NCBI GenBank assembly: GCA_052327205.1
Contig: CM126222.1
Location: forward strand, 51,026,001-51,090,000
Direction: 5' to 3'
DNA from: Somniosus microcephalus
Taxonomy: Eukaryota
DNA: 64,000 bases
Both the position numbers and the translations under genes were made by a program. The notes beneath the pieces were generated by a model, which did no database searches, was not told the origin of the DNA, and was given only the letters and a program-made list of their open reading frames with translations. Positions 50,480-63,113 of the stretch are shown here, one piece after another (position 1 is the stretch's first letter; every line of letters begins with the position of its first letter).

Positions 50480-52560
50480 GAGGGGAACAGCTTAAGTAAT
50501 GATTTGCTGGACCTGTGGGATGTAGGCGGTCCCAGATGATTTGTGTATCTGGGATGATCACACACCACGAAGTATATCCGACTGCTTATCCTCGAGCTCA
50601 AAGTTTCTGAGCTTGTGGAGCAATTGGATACATTCCGTTACATACAGTAAGCTGACAGGCTCCTGGAAGGCACAGTTGAACAGGTGGTCACCCTGCATAC
50701 AGAATGAGTTAATGAAGAAGGGAAGGGACCAGATTCCTGGGGACTGGGATCAGTTTTGGGACAGTAGTGGCTTGTGCATGAGGGACAGGCTTCACCTAAA
50801 CAGGGCTGGGACCAATATCTACACTCGGATAGTAGCTAGGGCTGTGGGGGGGTTGACTAATATATGGCTGAGTAAGAAGGAAAAGCAGGATGAAGCAGAA
50901 AGGAAAGCAGAAAGGACATGGGTATAGGAAAAATGAGAGAAAAACAGTAAAGTAATAAAGGAGGAGTAAGATTGCTAAACACATAACTCATGTCTGCCTC
51001 TAAGTGCATTAAATATTCTGAATAAAATTGGTAAGCTAGAGGGCCAAATTGCTATGGCAGGTCGTAATATAAAAGGATTAACAAAGACTTGTTCTAGGCT
51101 AGAGCAGGACTGGGAACTAAACCCTCCTGGTTACAACATCTTCAGGAGGGATGAAGTAGAGAAAAGAAAGGAGTGGCAGTATTGATCAATGATTCCATTA
51201 CGGCACTGGAATGCAAGGATGAAATAGGGATTGTGAAAAAGCTGAATTTGATTAGCCTTAAGGAATAACAAGGGAACTGTTACTCCATTAGGGGTTTATT
51301 ATAGACTACAGTGACTACACTTCAAAAGCACTTCATTGGCTGTAAAGTGCTTTGGGACGTCCTGAGATCATGAAAGGCGCTATATAAATGCAAGTCTTTT
51401 CTTTTCACTGAACACAGAAAAAGATATATAGATATATATATAGACAAATTAAACACAAGGTGATTATAATAATGGGTGACTGATTATCCAAAGATAGATT
51501 GGGGTAAACATAGTGTAAGTGGCAAAGAGGAGGGGGTTTCTACATTGGGTCCTGAATTGTTCTGCAGATTTTAGCCCAATAAGGAAAGGGGCAGTGCTGG
51601 ATCTAGTTCCAAGAAATGAAACTAGGCAAGTAGATAATGGAAAGGTAGGGCAGCATTTCGCAAACAGCGACTATAACGTAATTAGGTTCATTATAAAAAT
51701 TATAAAGGAGATGAAACAGTCAAAGATGAAGACACAACTGGAAAAAAAGCACATTTTAACAAGATGAAATTGGATTAAGCCCAGATAAATTAGATAGAAA
51801 GACTGGCACAGAAGACAATGGACAAACGTCAGAAAATTTCAAACAATGATCAGAATACAGATTAGACATATTCCCACAAGTAAAAGGTTTACAGCAGAAG
51901 CTTAAATTGATACTTGAAAGAGGGGGATATGATAAATTGAGGGCTAATAGAAAAGGAAATCAAGCAAAGTATCAAAGAGAGAGAGGAATCAACAAAGGAG
52001 GTTAGAAAGTCTAAGAAGGGGTAAGAAGAAAGACTGACAGGAATACAAAGGGAAATAGTAAAGCATTTTATAAACACTAAAGTAAAAATATGGGCAGGTC
52101 CAATTAGAGATAAAAAGAAAATCTTCTCATGGAAGGATTAGGAATGTGGAAACATTAAATTATGTTGTGTTGAATTTCATAGAAGAGAGTGATAGTGGGA
52201 ATGAAATGGTACAAGAGGAGGTGTAGTTAGAGAAGATAAAAATAGATAAGGAATTAGTATAAACAAGTTGGTGGAACTCAAAGTGGAAAAGGCCCCGATA
52301 GATAGCATCGAAGCATACTGAAGTAAGTTAGAGAGAAAATAGCAGAGACTCTGACTACAATATTTCAAACAGCCTTGGACATGGAAGTTGTGCCAAAGGA
52401 CTGGAGGACTGCCAATGTAGCATCTCTGTTCAAAAAGAGGAGAAAGGAATAAACTAGGTAGCAACAGTCCAGGAGTAGTGGGCAAGATTCTAGAAGGTAT
52501 ACTATGGGGAAATTACTCATTTAGAAAGGGTTAATTATGGACAGCCTGCACAGACTTGTA
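50480..52560 (+). mobile_element. Highly degraded CR1 LINE (with a SINE/L2 tail inserted at ~51308-51405)
   Basis: RDRLHLNRAGTNI (ORF1), RKGAVLDLV...SDYNVIRF (endonuclease) and DWRTANV remnants. Confidence 0.75.
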
Positions 52561-52727
52561 AGATGATTCTTTGAACATTTCCCCACGAAAAAGATTTGGA
52601 CAGAAGCAATTTTAAATGTGTTCTTACAAAAGCTGCCTAAAGGTGTTAGCTTTTGGGGGGGGGGGGGGCGGCAACTCCATGTTGGTTTGCAGTCCTATGG
52701 TAAGTATTTATTTTCTTAATTGGTCAT

Positions 52728-53172
52728 AAAAAAATAGCAGGAGATACAGCCCCTCGAGCCTGTTCCGCCACGCGACAAGATTACGGCTGATCTTCGACCT
52801 CAACTCCTCTTTCCTGCCCGATCCCCATATCCCTCAATTCCCCTAGAGTCCAAAAATCTAACGATCTGAGGCTTGAATATATTCAATGACTCAGCATCCA
52901 CAGCCCTCTGGGGTAGAGAATTCTAAAGATTCTCAACCGAGTGAAGAAATTCCTCCTCATCTCAGTCCTAAATGGCCAACCCCTTATCCCGAGACTATGC
53001 CCCCTAGTTCTAGACTCTCCAGCCAGGGGAAACAGCCTCTCAGCATCAACCCTGTCAAGCCCTCTCAATCTTATGTTTCACTGAGATCACCTCTCATTCT
53101 TCTAAACTTCAGAGAGTATAGACCCATTTTACTCAATCTCTCCTCCTAGAACAGCCCTCCCAAGAATCAATC
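52728..53172 (-). mobile_element. CR1 3' fragment
   Basis: RGLDRVDAERLFPLAGESRTRGHSL. Confidence 0.88.
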
Positions 53173-53334
53173 AGGAATGGCCATCAGCTAGTGCCGCAAA
53201 AGTGGGGCCCTTGCTCCAATGCCGATCCATCTAGTTATGGAAGATTAAAGACCACAAAAAATAGGAAACTCTGCAGTAATTGCAACCCGCTTACAACATA
53301 TTTTAATTGCTCCATTGTTCCGTCATAAACATAC

Positions 53335-53426
53335 CTGACCAGCTGATGGTTCCAAGTCTCCCGTGATCACAGAAATAGTAGTGCTTTTCCCAGCACCATT
53401 TGGACCCAGTAATCCCAGAACTTCAC
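53335..53426 (-). CDS. ABCA5: ABCA5 exon (NBD2 Walker A)
   Basis: (G)[30 protein letters not shown]. Confidence 0.96.
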
Positions 53427-53963
53427 CTGAAAAAAATATACAAATTTAGAAGACGGAGCCTTTTGTGCAAAGTCAACTTCTGCAGTAATTCTCACCTCAT
53501 TCTGCATACAACAACTATGTCAGTACAGAGTATTAAGGAGGTGCAAAAAAAACTCCTTCGAATAGCTCATCTGCAGCTCCCACATAATTTAAGACTGTCA
53601 GAATGTGTCGAGTGATCCTTGTGCACTTTTAAACAGGCATCGATACAGACTGTGCTCTTCATTCTTGCACAATTAGAAAAAACCGGGGGCTGCTTTAAGC
53701 AAAATGGAGCATTTCAGTACTGAAGTTTTAGTTTGCAGCCCGTAACCACTTCTATGTTACAAGGAGATACATAAACGAGTTGTTTAGTTGAGTGACGACC
53801 ATGCTAGGTGGTACAAAGAATGAAACCTGGAGAAAATTGGCCTGGATGAAGGTTACCTTATATATGCACTTCATTCAGGCCAGTTTTCTCCAGTTTATAT
53901 TCTTTGTTTTCTGCCATCTATGCTCAAGTGTTTTATCTGCCACACCCAATGAAGTATATTTAC

Positions 53964-54093
53964 CTTTTCTTACACAAAAGGAGACATTTTTAATTGCCAC
54001 TGTATTTTTATTTTTTTTCTTTGAAAAGCACTTGCACACCTGTGGCTTTCCTGTGTAAACTTTACGCATGTTACTGACCACAATCGCTGGTTT
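53964..54093 (-). CDS. ABCA5: ABCA5 exon
   Basis: [43 protein letters not shown]. Confidence 0.93.
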
Positions 54094-54247
54094 CTACAAA
54101 ATTAAAAGCAAAGAAAATTAGTTCTCTTAATCCAAACGTACTGTTCATGATTGCAAATAAAGCATCCCCTGCCAATAAAATTCCATCCAAAAAAACTTGA
54201 ATCCATGACCCATTTATAAGAGGAATGACATTAAAGCTTCTTCAAAC

Positions 54248-55475
54248 CAACAACAACGTACATTTATAGAGCGCCTTTAACATAGTAAACCATCCCAAGC
54301 GTTTCACAGGAGCATAAGGAGACAATGAAATTGACACTGAATCAAAGGAGGAGATATCAGGACAGGTGACCAAAAGCAGGTAGGTTTAAAAAGGAGGAGG
54401 GGGGGGGGGGCAGAGAGGTTTAGGGAGGAAATTCCAGAGCTTAGGGCAGAGACAACTGAAGGTACGTCTGCCGATGGTGGGGAGAAGGAAGCCAGCGATG
54501 CACAAGATCCAGAATTGGAAGAACAGAGTTCTTGGAGGATTGTAGGAGATTAGAGATAGGGCAAGATGAGACCATGGAGTGATCTGAACACAAGGATGAC
54601 CGGGAGTCCATGTAGGTCAATGAGCATGGGTGAATGGGACTTGGTGTGAATTAGTATACAGGCAGCAGAGTTTTGGATGAGCTTAGGTTTATGGAGGGTG
54701 GAAGACGGGACTCTAGCCAGGAGATCATTGGAATTGTCGAGTCGCGAGGTAACAAAAGGATGCATGAGGGTTTCAGCAGCAAACGGGCTGATGCAGGCGT
54801 AGAGACAGGTGATGTTACGGAGGTGGAAGTAGGCGTTCTTAGTAATGGAGAGGATATGGGGTCGGAAGCTCAGCTCAGGGTCAAATAGGATTCCGAGGTT
54901 TATGAAGAGTCTGGTCCAGCCGGGAGACATTGGCCAGAGAGAGGGATGGAATCAGTGGCTAAGGAACAGAATTTGTGCTGGGGGGCGAAGACAATGCACT
55001 GGTCTTCTCAATGTTTAATTGGAGGAAATTTCTGCTCTTCCTGTACTGGATTTGATCAAGCAGCCTGACAACAGAGAGACAGCGGAAAGTTTGAGAGAGG
55101 TGGTGGTGAAGTTGAGCTGGGTGTCATCAGCGTATATGTGGATGTGTTTTCGAATAATATCGCCGAGGGGCAGCATGTAGATGAGAAATAGGAGGGGGCC
55201 AAGGATAGATCCTTGGGGGATTACAGAGGTAATAGTGTGGGTGCGGGAAGAGAAGCCATTGCAGGAGATTCTCTGGCTATAATTGGATAGATTAGAATGG
55301 AACCAGGTGAGGGCAGTTCCATGCAGCTGGACAACAGAGGCGAGGCACTGCAGCAGAATGGTTTGGTCAACCGTGTCAAAGGCTGCAGACAGGTCGTGAA
55401 GGATGAAGAGGGATAGTGCACCATGGTCACATAGGATGTCATTTCTAACTTTGATTAGGGCCGTTTCAATGCAGT
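54248..55475 (-). mobile_element. L2 LINE
   Basis: DLSAAFDTVD, PQGSILGPLLF, YADDTQL in ORF 55015-55536; L2 tail near 54250. Confidence 0.9.
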
Positions 55476-56386
55476 GCCGGGGGAGGGGGGGGGGGGGGGG
55501 GAAACCTGATAGATAACTGACATACATACCCATCAACAGTTACTTTGCTCATCTAGCAATGTGAGATTTGAAAGGTTATTCTCCCCCTCAAGTCTAACCC
55601 TGGCTCCTCCTGCTGATTTTAAATATGCTCTTTCAGTATTCTACAAAACTGGCCATGCCCCCAGATCGAATTAATCACCAGTGAGTTTCCGCTAATTGCA
55701 CCCATTTGCGGGCCTTCGAGGAGGCAGGTTTTTTTTTAATTAAGTGCAATGACACCAATCGGAACATTTAAAAAGCTTTTGAATATAATTTTTTTAAATT
55801 TACTAAGAAACTGATTACTGTACATCAATATAACTAGCAAATGGTTCTGTATAGATTTTTAATGTCATTTTCAGTTACTTAAAATTGAGTCACTCACAGG
55901 TGGTGGACTAGATAAGTTACCACTCTTAAATATATCAAGGAAAACAAATTTAAAAAAAAAGTCTAAAACGCTGTCTGGTTGAGTTGGTTCATGGCAGATT
56001 TTACGTTCGGCGATATGCAGATGAGTTTGAGCAGAAACTCAAGGTAAAAAACAATTCTCAAAACTAGCACAATTTTGGGTGCAATTTGCGCCAGGATTGC
56101 TGATTGCACCCAAAGCGGAAACCCCAGGCCTAGTTATCAAGTTTATAATACAAAACTTAGTAACTCATGTCCTGTGCCAAACAAATCTGACTGTCAATTA
56201 GTTTCCACAATTTGTCAACATTAAGCAAATATAGCAAGATATTTTCTGTAAGCACATCCTGAACCATTACGTTAAAATTATCCAGTTTTCAAAATCCACT
56301 AACAGATTTTGCAGTCCGAGCAATTAAAAATATTTGCTATTCCATCACATAATCCAGTAAACTGATGGATATATACAGCTCATTAC

Positions 56387-56507
56387 CTCTTCACAGCTCT
56401 GACAGGTCAATGCCTCCCGAACCCTTGCCCTTTCTGCTTTGACATCTTCATCCTCATTCTCAGGTTCTTCTGTATTTAGTTTGAATTTACTCTTTGAGGG
56501 AAGAATT
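56387..56507 (-). CDS. ABCA5: ABCA5 exon
   Basis: ILPSKSKFKLNTEEPENEDEDVKAERARVREALTCQSCEE, compare human DEDEDVKAERLKVKELMGCQCCEE. Confidence 0.94.
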
Positions 56508-56637
56508 CTGTAATAAAAGAAAACAAGTTCATTTGTATCCAGGAATTGATGATGCTTCTGCATTAATTTTACCTGTAAAAGTGAGTAGATTCCAAGTTGG
56601 ACTGTGTTGATCCCATGTGGATTTTCACTAGACTGAT

Positions 56638-57246
56638 AGAAACATAGAAGATAGGAGCAGGAGTACGCCATTCGGCCCCTCGGGCCTGCTCCGCCATTCA
56701 ATGTGACCATGGCTGACCATCCAAGTTCAGTACCCGGTCCCTGCTTTCTCCCCATACCCCTTGATCCCTTTAGCCTTAAGAAATATATCCAACAACTCCT
56801 TGAATATATTTAATGTATTGGCCTCTACTGCCTTCTGTGGTAGAGAATTCCACAGGTTCACCACTCTCTGGGTGAAGAAATTCCTCCTCATTTCTGTCCT
56901 AAAAGGCTTACCCCTTATCCTTAGACTGTGACCCCTGGTTCTGGACTCCCCGACCATCAGGAACATCCTCCCTGCATCTAGTCTGTCCAGTCCTGCCAGA
57001 ATTTTATAGGTTTCAATGAGATCCCCTCTCATTCTTCTAAACTCCAGCGAGTACAAGCCCAATCATCCCAATCTCTCCTCATACGTCATTCCTGCCATCC
57101 CAGGTATCAGCCTGGTGAATCTTCGCTGAACTCCTTCCATGGCAAGAATATCCTTCCTCAGATAAGGAGACCAAAACTGCACACAATACTCAAGGTGCGG
57201 TCTCACCAAGGCCCTGTACAACTGCAGCAAGACATCCTTGTTCCTG
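56638..57246 (-). mobile_element. CR1 3' fragment (same group as 9663-13070)
   Basis: ORFs 56727-57272 match the ORF2 C-terminus. Confidence 0.93.
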
Positions 57247-57658
57247 ATGGCTCTGGTTTTTCCAGAAACCAAAACAATTAGCTCAATATTTGCAGAAATC
57301 TATTAGAAACTTACTAGTCCCTGCTTCTAGACTGTTCATCCCATGTCTTCAGTCCTTCATTCTCTTATTACCGATGTAAAGTAGGAATCATCTTTGAGCC
57401 AAACTCTGCACTCCACCCTGTCCAGTTCTGCTAAACGCTAGATCCCCACTCCAAAAGGCTGCCAAACTACAGGGGGTTCTCATTCAACTGCTGCCAAATT
57501 CCAGGATCATTCTCCCAGAGCCCAGGATCACCCACCCTCCAATACTGCTAAACACCAGGTAGACACCTCTAACCTAGTACTGTATATCTTTCATATACAA
57601 GAAACACTGCAGCCATTTTTTAAATGATCACTATAGTAAGTCTAATGAACTGACAAAC

Positions 57659-57750
57659 CTGCAGCATGTATCTGCTCGAATTGCTTTTCCTCCATGAAAC
57701 TGTTCTAGTTGGCGTAGTATAAATAGCAGAACGATGCATTGAATATAGGG
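57659..57750 (-). CDS. ABCA5: ABCA5 exon (end of last TM helix)
   Basis: PYIQCIVLLFILRQLEQFHGGKAIRADTCC(R), compare human PYLQCVLWIFLLQYYEKKYGGRSIRKDPFFR. Confidence 0.92.
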
Positions 57751-58310
57751 CTAAAACACAAAAAACATTGTTTCACTTAAGCATATCTTACATTTTTCTT
57801 TTTATAAAATAATTCAAAAAAGTGTAAAAACACAAGCACACAGAAAAATAGCTATAAATACAAGTACATTGATGAATGCTTACGTAAGGGTGACTTGTAT
57901 CAATCAGATTAGTTCAAGGTAAAAACCATTGTCCATCTTTGACTTTCTTTCATCACAACCAGAAACCACTGTCCAAAATTCTCATTCAGGGCTTCAATCT
58001 CCACACAGCCCCCTTCATTTATGAAGGGGAGTGTACAAGCCAGCCATAGATTTAGTCATTATCCAATAGGTGATAGATTTGCTCCAATCACACTGTGCCT
58101 CTCCATGCTTTCCCAGGTGACCCAGCCAAAAATAGATTAGATAAATAACTTTTATATATAGCTTTCCCACTTAAGTGTCAAAATGTCTGAAAATTAGAAC
58201 TCCCATTTTTCTTTCTTATACTCTTACTATATTTACAGCTCATCTCATTTTTAAAGAGGCACATTTTTATCTGGCCAATTTCAGTTCAATAGTTAAAAAG
58301 TAAAACTTAC

Positions 58311-58397
58311 TGAGATGATAGTTATCAGAATGTTCTTTTTCCACTCCAGATATGTTCCTACAGTTAGGCTGGGCTCATCCTTGTGATCCAGAAAAAC
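58311..58397 (-). CDS. ABCA5: ABCA5 exon
   Basis: VFLDHKDEPSLTVGTYLEWKKNILITIIS|gtaagt; 87 nt, phase 0/0, joins to PYIQC. Confidence 0.85.
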
Positions 58398-58566
58398 CTG
58401 TGTATTCAATTTACAATGAATTTTGAGGTTGCCACGTTTTTTTTTTTTTTTTTAATTGCAGAATAACTTAACCAAAATAATTTTGCCCATTTATCAGTAT
58501 CTTAAAGTACATACTTTCAAACAAGTGGCTATTAAATACAGTTATCAGATACTGCACAATATAGAC

Positions 58567-58640
58567 CAGTGGCGGACAAAATACGGCGGGCTGTATGCGG
58601 CCTGCCAATGGATTCAATCCGGCCCGCCAAGGTCTGGCTT
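58567..58640 (+). mobile_element. Second hAT/Charlie-like left terminus
   Basis: CAGTGGCGGACAAAATACGG...GGCTGTAT...TCCGGCCCGCC, similar to the terminus at 59251; preceded by ATATAGAC. Confidence 0.55.
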
Positions 58641-59250
58641 CGAGGCTGAACGTCCACCGCACCTGATCCTACCCCACGTAACGTCAGGAGGCGGGTCAAT
58701 GTCTCCGAGGCAGCAGGGGAGTCATAATCAAAAACAGAGGTGGGCAAATTGAGTCTGCCCTTCGCTGCATCAGTATGTTATCACACCCAAAACCTCAGTT
58801 TCTGCTCCGTCACTGCAACGTGAAAGGTGAGTTACTCTCAGTTTGTGGGTTCTGTTTCCATAAATCTGTGCAAACTTTCCAGATAAATGCACGATAACAT
58901 AAATACTTTACATATATAAAATAACGCCATTGGCAGCATGACTCAGAATTGACACAATCTAATCGATTGGAAGGTTGCTTACTTGGAACTTTTTTTAAAA
59001 CTTGTAGCGAGTTTTTAGTCTCAACTCTGAGGGAATTTTAGCAAATAATTCAAAATTAGTCCTGGGCTTGATTTCATTCCAGTGAGCTATAAAATGTTAT
59101 TTTTGTTTATTGGTGCAATTGGGTGAAAGGTGTTTGAATTCCGCAGGGATACCGCCAGTCTCCCGGCATAATTCTGGCGCAGACCCAGTTACGTCGGGTC
59201 CCTGCCGTTTCTGGGAGTTTCCTGAGTAAAGAGTGGGGGAGCTTCTAGCC

Positions 59251-59994
59251 CAGTGCTGGGCAAAATACGGCCCGCGGGCTGTATCCAGCTCGCCAGTTCA
59301 TTCCATCCGGCTCACTGGACGGGACAGAAACAGAACACGAGCCGGAGCTCAAGCTGCACATTAGTCTGAGTTGAAGTTACCGAAGAAAGAGACCGGCGCT
59401 GCATCTTTCCCCTCTCAGTAACCAGAGTACGGCGGCAGGGGGATTCTCATCGCAGTCTTAGACACGGGAGTGGATCCTGGAGCACAAGGACTCCAGGTAA
59501 TGACACGCGATTGTATTTCAGGCCTTGCGAGGCCTTAGGCTCCCATACTCAGCACACCGAAAAGAGAGCACCTCTCGCGCGGAGGCCCCGAAGACTCGAG
59601 CCGCTCTACCAAACAGCCACGTAGACTTTCAGTACAACATATAATCGATCGATCAATCATTTCATTCATTTAGTAATGGAAGATTTTACTATTTTACACT
59701 ACAGTTTGTGTATTTAAGATAGTATCTGACTATCTGAATTTATGTTTATAAATTATTGGGAGTGTAGAAGTGGGAGTGATGATCAACTATGAGTTAGCCT
59801 GTTTCAAATTTACCAAGTTTACACTTTGCTCTCACCAACGTGCACGGTCCATTTAAATTTGTGCGCGGTATTTCTTCCAGCAGCAGGAGCTGGTGAGCGG
59901 TCGCGCACTTTAGGGGGGAACTTTGGTGCGCGGCCCTCAACAACTCACTAAAACTGGTTAAGTGGCCCCCTACCCCAAATAATTGCCCACCCCC
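59251..59994 (+). mobile_element. hAT/Charlie-like non-autonomous DNA transposon carrying the TPP2 fragment
   Basis: Left end CAGTGCTGGGCAAAATACGGCCCGCGGGC after a TTCTAGCC target-like site. Right-end-like GTGGCCC...AATTGCCCACCCC. Right TSD not seen. Confidence 0.6.
59377..59496 (+). pseudogene. TPP2: Orphan fragment of tripeptidyl-peptidase II (TPP2) exon 1 with in-frame stop and retained splice donor
   Basis: [39 protein letters not shown]|gtaatg versus human [43 protein letters not shown] at 59419-59421; no start codon. Confidence 0.9.
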
Positions 59995-60787
59995 AAAAAG
60001 ACAGACAGAAGGGCAGAGAGAGAGAGAAAAAGAGAGAGCATTTAACAGCAAGTAATTTTGGGCCTCACTAAAGAACTCTTCCCAAATTATACTGGTGCTG
60101 ATTTTCACAGCTTGCATTCTTGCTTTATATACAGCAGAGAACCGATGTACCCCGATCCAAGTGAAGCGTTTGGCAGCCAACAATAATTCCATTAAAACTA
60201 GCCTCTGCGACTGTCCCTGGCAAACATGCTTTTTTTTAAAATATGTATGTTGGCAACATTGTCACGGTTAATAAACCTTTTCCACTGTAGTAATAAAAGA
60301 TAAAATCCAAGCAATGATTTCAAGGCAGGTTAATTAAGGGCCCAGAATTTCAAATATTTACAGTTGTGCCAATGGTTCCTGATTATATTTATGATGTATT
60401 TTCCGTTCTGCATCATTTGTTAAGCTGCAGAACCAAAAAAACAAACCAAATGTGCAAAAATAATTTTCATTTATACAGAAATAAATCTATGCTGGTTATA
60501 ACGACAAGTGCTATTTTGAAAAGAAATTTTTCCAAGAATTAACGGATGTAGAAAAAAGTTAGCAGTTTTTCAGTATCTTATCATTTAGTGTTAAAAATGG
60601 AACTTCATGGACCTAGAATATTCCCACGGCACATCTTATATTGCTATTCAGAATCAGCTCGAGGATACTGCAATTTCTTTAATATTTTTCCTGTCTAGGT
60701 ACCCCGATGGCTCAGTTGGTAAGACATGGTCTGGTGTGTTATTGAGCTGTTGAAACCAGGAAGGTCCCAGCTTTGATCCTATGGTGT

Positions 60788-61120
60788 CGATTTTCCTGGG
60801 AGGTGGGATCAGTGAATGGGTCCCAGGTGGGCGATGGATCTGAATGGCATCATCAATGGGAGGGTGGCCCGGCTGGTTTTAACGGCCAGGCATCATTGTA
60901 AATGACTACAGGCCGCCCACCCAGGTAGTGGGCGTAATTCCCGGCAGAAGCCCGGTATCCTATTTAAAGGGTGAATGCACCTCAGAGAGGCTGCAATCAC
61001 TGACTACCAAACTTTTTAACGTGGAATTTTGAATGTGCTGGAAGGAGAAGAGTAGCTCCCAGGTTTTCTGACGCCTTCCTAGTGGTGTTACTGACAGCGG
61101 TCAGGGCCAGGAGGAACACA
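60788..61120 (+). mobile_element. Harbinger-like transposon fragment with the start of a Myb-like ORF
   Basis: 61049-61117 reads RVAPRFSDAFLVVLLTAVRARRN; GC-rich subterminal-like sequence upstream. Confidence 0.55.
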
Positions 61121-61384
61121 CACGGATGTGCTTTCCTCACAATGTGGGAAGAACATAAGAACAGCTAAATGAAAAACGATCACAGTCCATCTAGTTCGCC
61201 TTGTACCATCTTGATAGTGGCAACTTTGTAGAGTTGGGTATCATTGATGGGCATGTGGACGCTGACTCTGTGCTTACCAAGCATACCACTGGTGTATAGG
61301 TTATACATGATGAATAGATGACAACCATGGATGGAGCCTTGGGGGATACTGTAGGTGACAATGTTAGCACAAAAGAAGAAGTCA

Positions 61385-61790
61385 TTTGAGGAGATGTAGT
61401 GACTTCACTGGGATAGAAAGGAGTGGAATTGTGAAAGAGCTGGTCCAGAGGTTAACCATGGAGGAGAATGGAGTGATCGCCAGTGTTAAAAGCAGCAAAG
61501 AAGTCAAGTATAGTAAAGAGGTGCAGCGTGCCACGGTTGTAGTCACACAGAATGTTATTGGTTACTTTAACCAGGAGTCTTGGAGCTGTGTATTAACTAG
61601 AATTGGGACCGGTAGGACTGAAGTAGGGAGTCCAGAAGAGGCAAGCACATCGTTGGGTGACAACAATGTGTTCAAGGACTTGGAGAAAGGACAAGTTGTT
61701 GAGTTAGGCTAGTAGTTTGCAGAGATAAGAGCGAGTCGAGGATGGACTTTTTGAGAAAGGTGTGGTGATGACACCAATTTTAGAAGAAAT
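61385..61790 (-). mobile_element. Degraded L2 fragment
   Basis: Reverse complement resembles 32500-32600 (NYRPISNL region). Confidence 0.55.
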
Positions 61791-62641
61791 TCAAAGAATG
61801 AAGTCTTCTGAAGCGACATGCAACAAATTACAGTAAGAAGTTTTTTTTTTTTTTTTTAAGGGTTGTACTATATGTCATGCAGTAGGATCTGTTGTCTACA
61901 TTTAATATGCATCACTAGTTTGGGGGAGGCTGGTGGGGGGCAGGCAGCGGGGAAGTGTGCTGTGAGCTATCAAAAGCCAGGGACGGAGTTCGGGTGTTGG
62001 GGATGCAGAGGAGTGTGTAGGAGCCTCGGGCGTGGATGTAATGGGCTAGGTGTGATCTGGGAGCAATGAATTGCAGAAGGGGATGGAGTAGGATGTGGGA
62101 CACAGGCTTGGGATCCGAGTGTAAAACAAATTCCTGAGCGGCCAGAGTTGGGAATGGGCACCATTTGAAAGCATCACGGATATGAACATATGAAATTAAT
62201 GGGCAGGAAAAGACCAGCTAGTCCATCAAGCCTGTCCTTCACCTCATTACAGTTAGAACACAATGACTTTGACACATCCCCTCCCCACCATGCAGGTGCA
62301 CAAAGTTGGCTGCTTAAGAAAAAACATGGCTGCTCAAGGTTATCAAAAATAATTCTGAGAGCGATTTGATTGGTTGGTCTGTGGTGGTGTGATTCGTTGA
62401 TTTTTTCCTACCTGCCTAATGAATTAAAACAGTTTTTAATTGGTTTGCATTTAGCCAAATGGGACATTTGAGCCAACAGCATAATTTATTTAACAGACAG
62501 TGATGATTTTGGCAAATCACAATTTTTTGCCCTACAGTTGCACGATCCCTTTGTGGTGAGATTACAGGCAAAAGCGATATGAAATAAATAATTATATATT
62601 TTATGTTGAGAGACCAATAGTTATAAAAAATAGTTTCTTAC

Positions 62642-62779
62642 CTTGGCTGTGTAATACAAGCATCCTGTAATCACATATGGTGGAATAAAGAGCGACAAAG
62701 CGCAGTGCAGCATGGTGGCAACTGTTTCCTTTAGTATTAGCCGGACTAAGAATATTAGACTGATCGAAGCTATATTGAT
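62642..62779 (-). CDS. ABCA5: ABCA5 exon (TMD2)
   Basis: INIASISLIFLVRLILKETVATMLHCALSLFIPPYVITGCLYYTAK|gtaaga, compare human ATILHYAFCIIIPIYPLLGCL. Confidence 0.88.
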
Positions 62780-62999
62780 CTTGAAAAAAACACAAACGCA
62801 GAGTCATACAGCAACCTTGCGTGAAAATGACCGAAATGCCAATCGTTGATACTTGAAATTCTTTCAATATCTCATGAGCCAAAGCTCAACACGTATCTAA
62901 ATTGTAAATCCTATTTCAAGTATTGCTTTATTAAAACAAACTGGCAAAATAATCAATGCTCATCATTGATCTTATTTTAATTCCTATGGTTTAACTTAC

Positions 63000-63113
63000 C
63001 ATAACTGAAGAGATCAGAAAAAAGTCTCGAGAAGACTGCATTCGATCAAACCTGAAGGAATAAGCATAGGAGAAGAGTGTCATCGCTGGGGCCCAGCCAA
63101 TCAGACACAGCAT
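63000..63113 (-). CDS. ABCA5: ABCA5 exon (TMD2; gene continues beyond the right edge)
   Basis: MLCLIGWAPAMTLFSYAYSFRFDRMQSSRDFFLISSVM|gtaagt, compare human VFCLIGYVPSVILFTYIASFTF. Confidence 0.9.
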
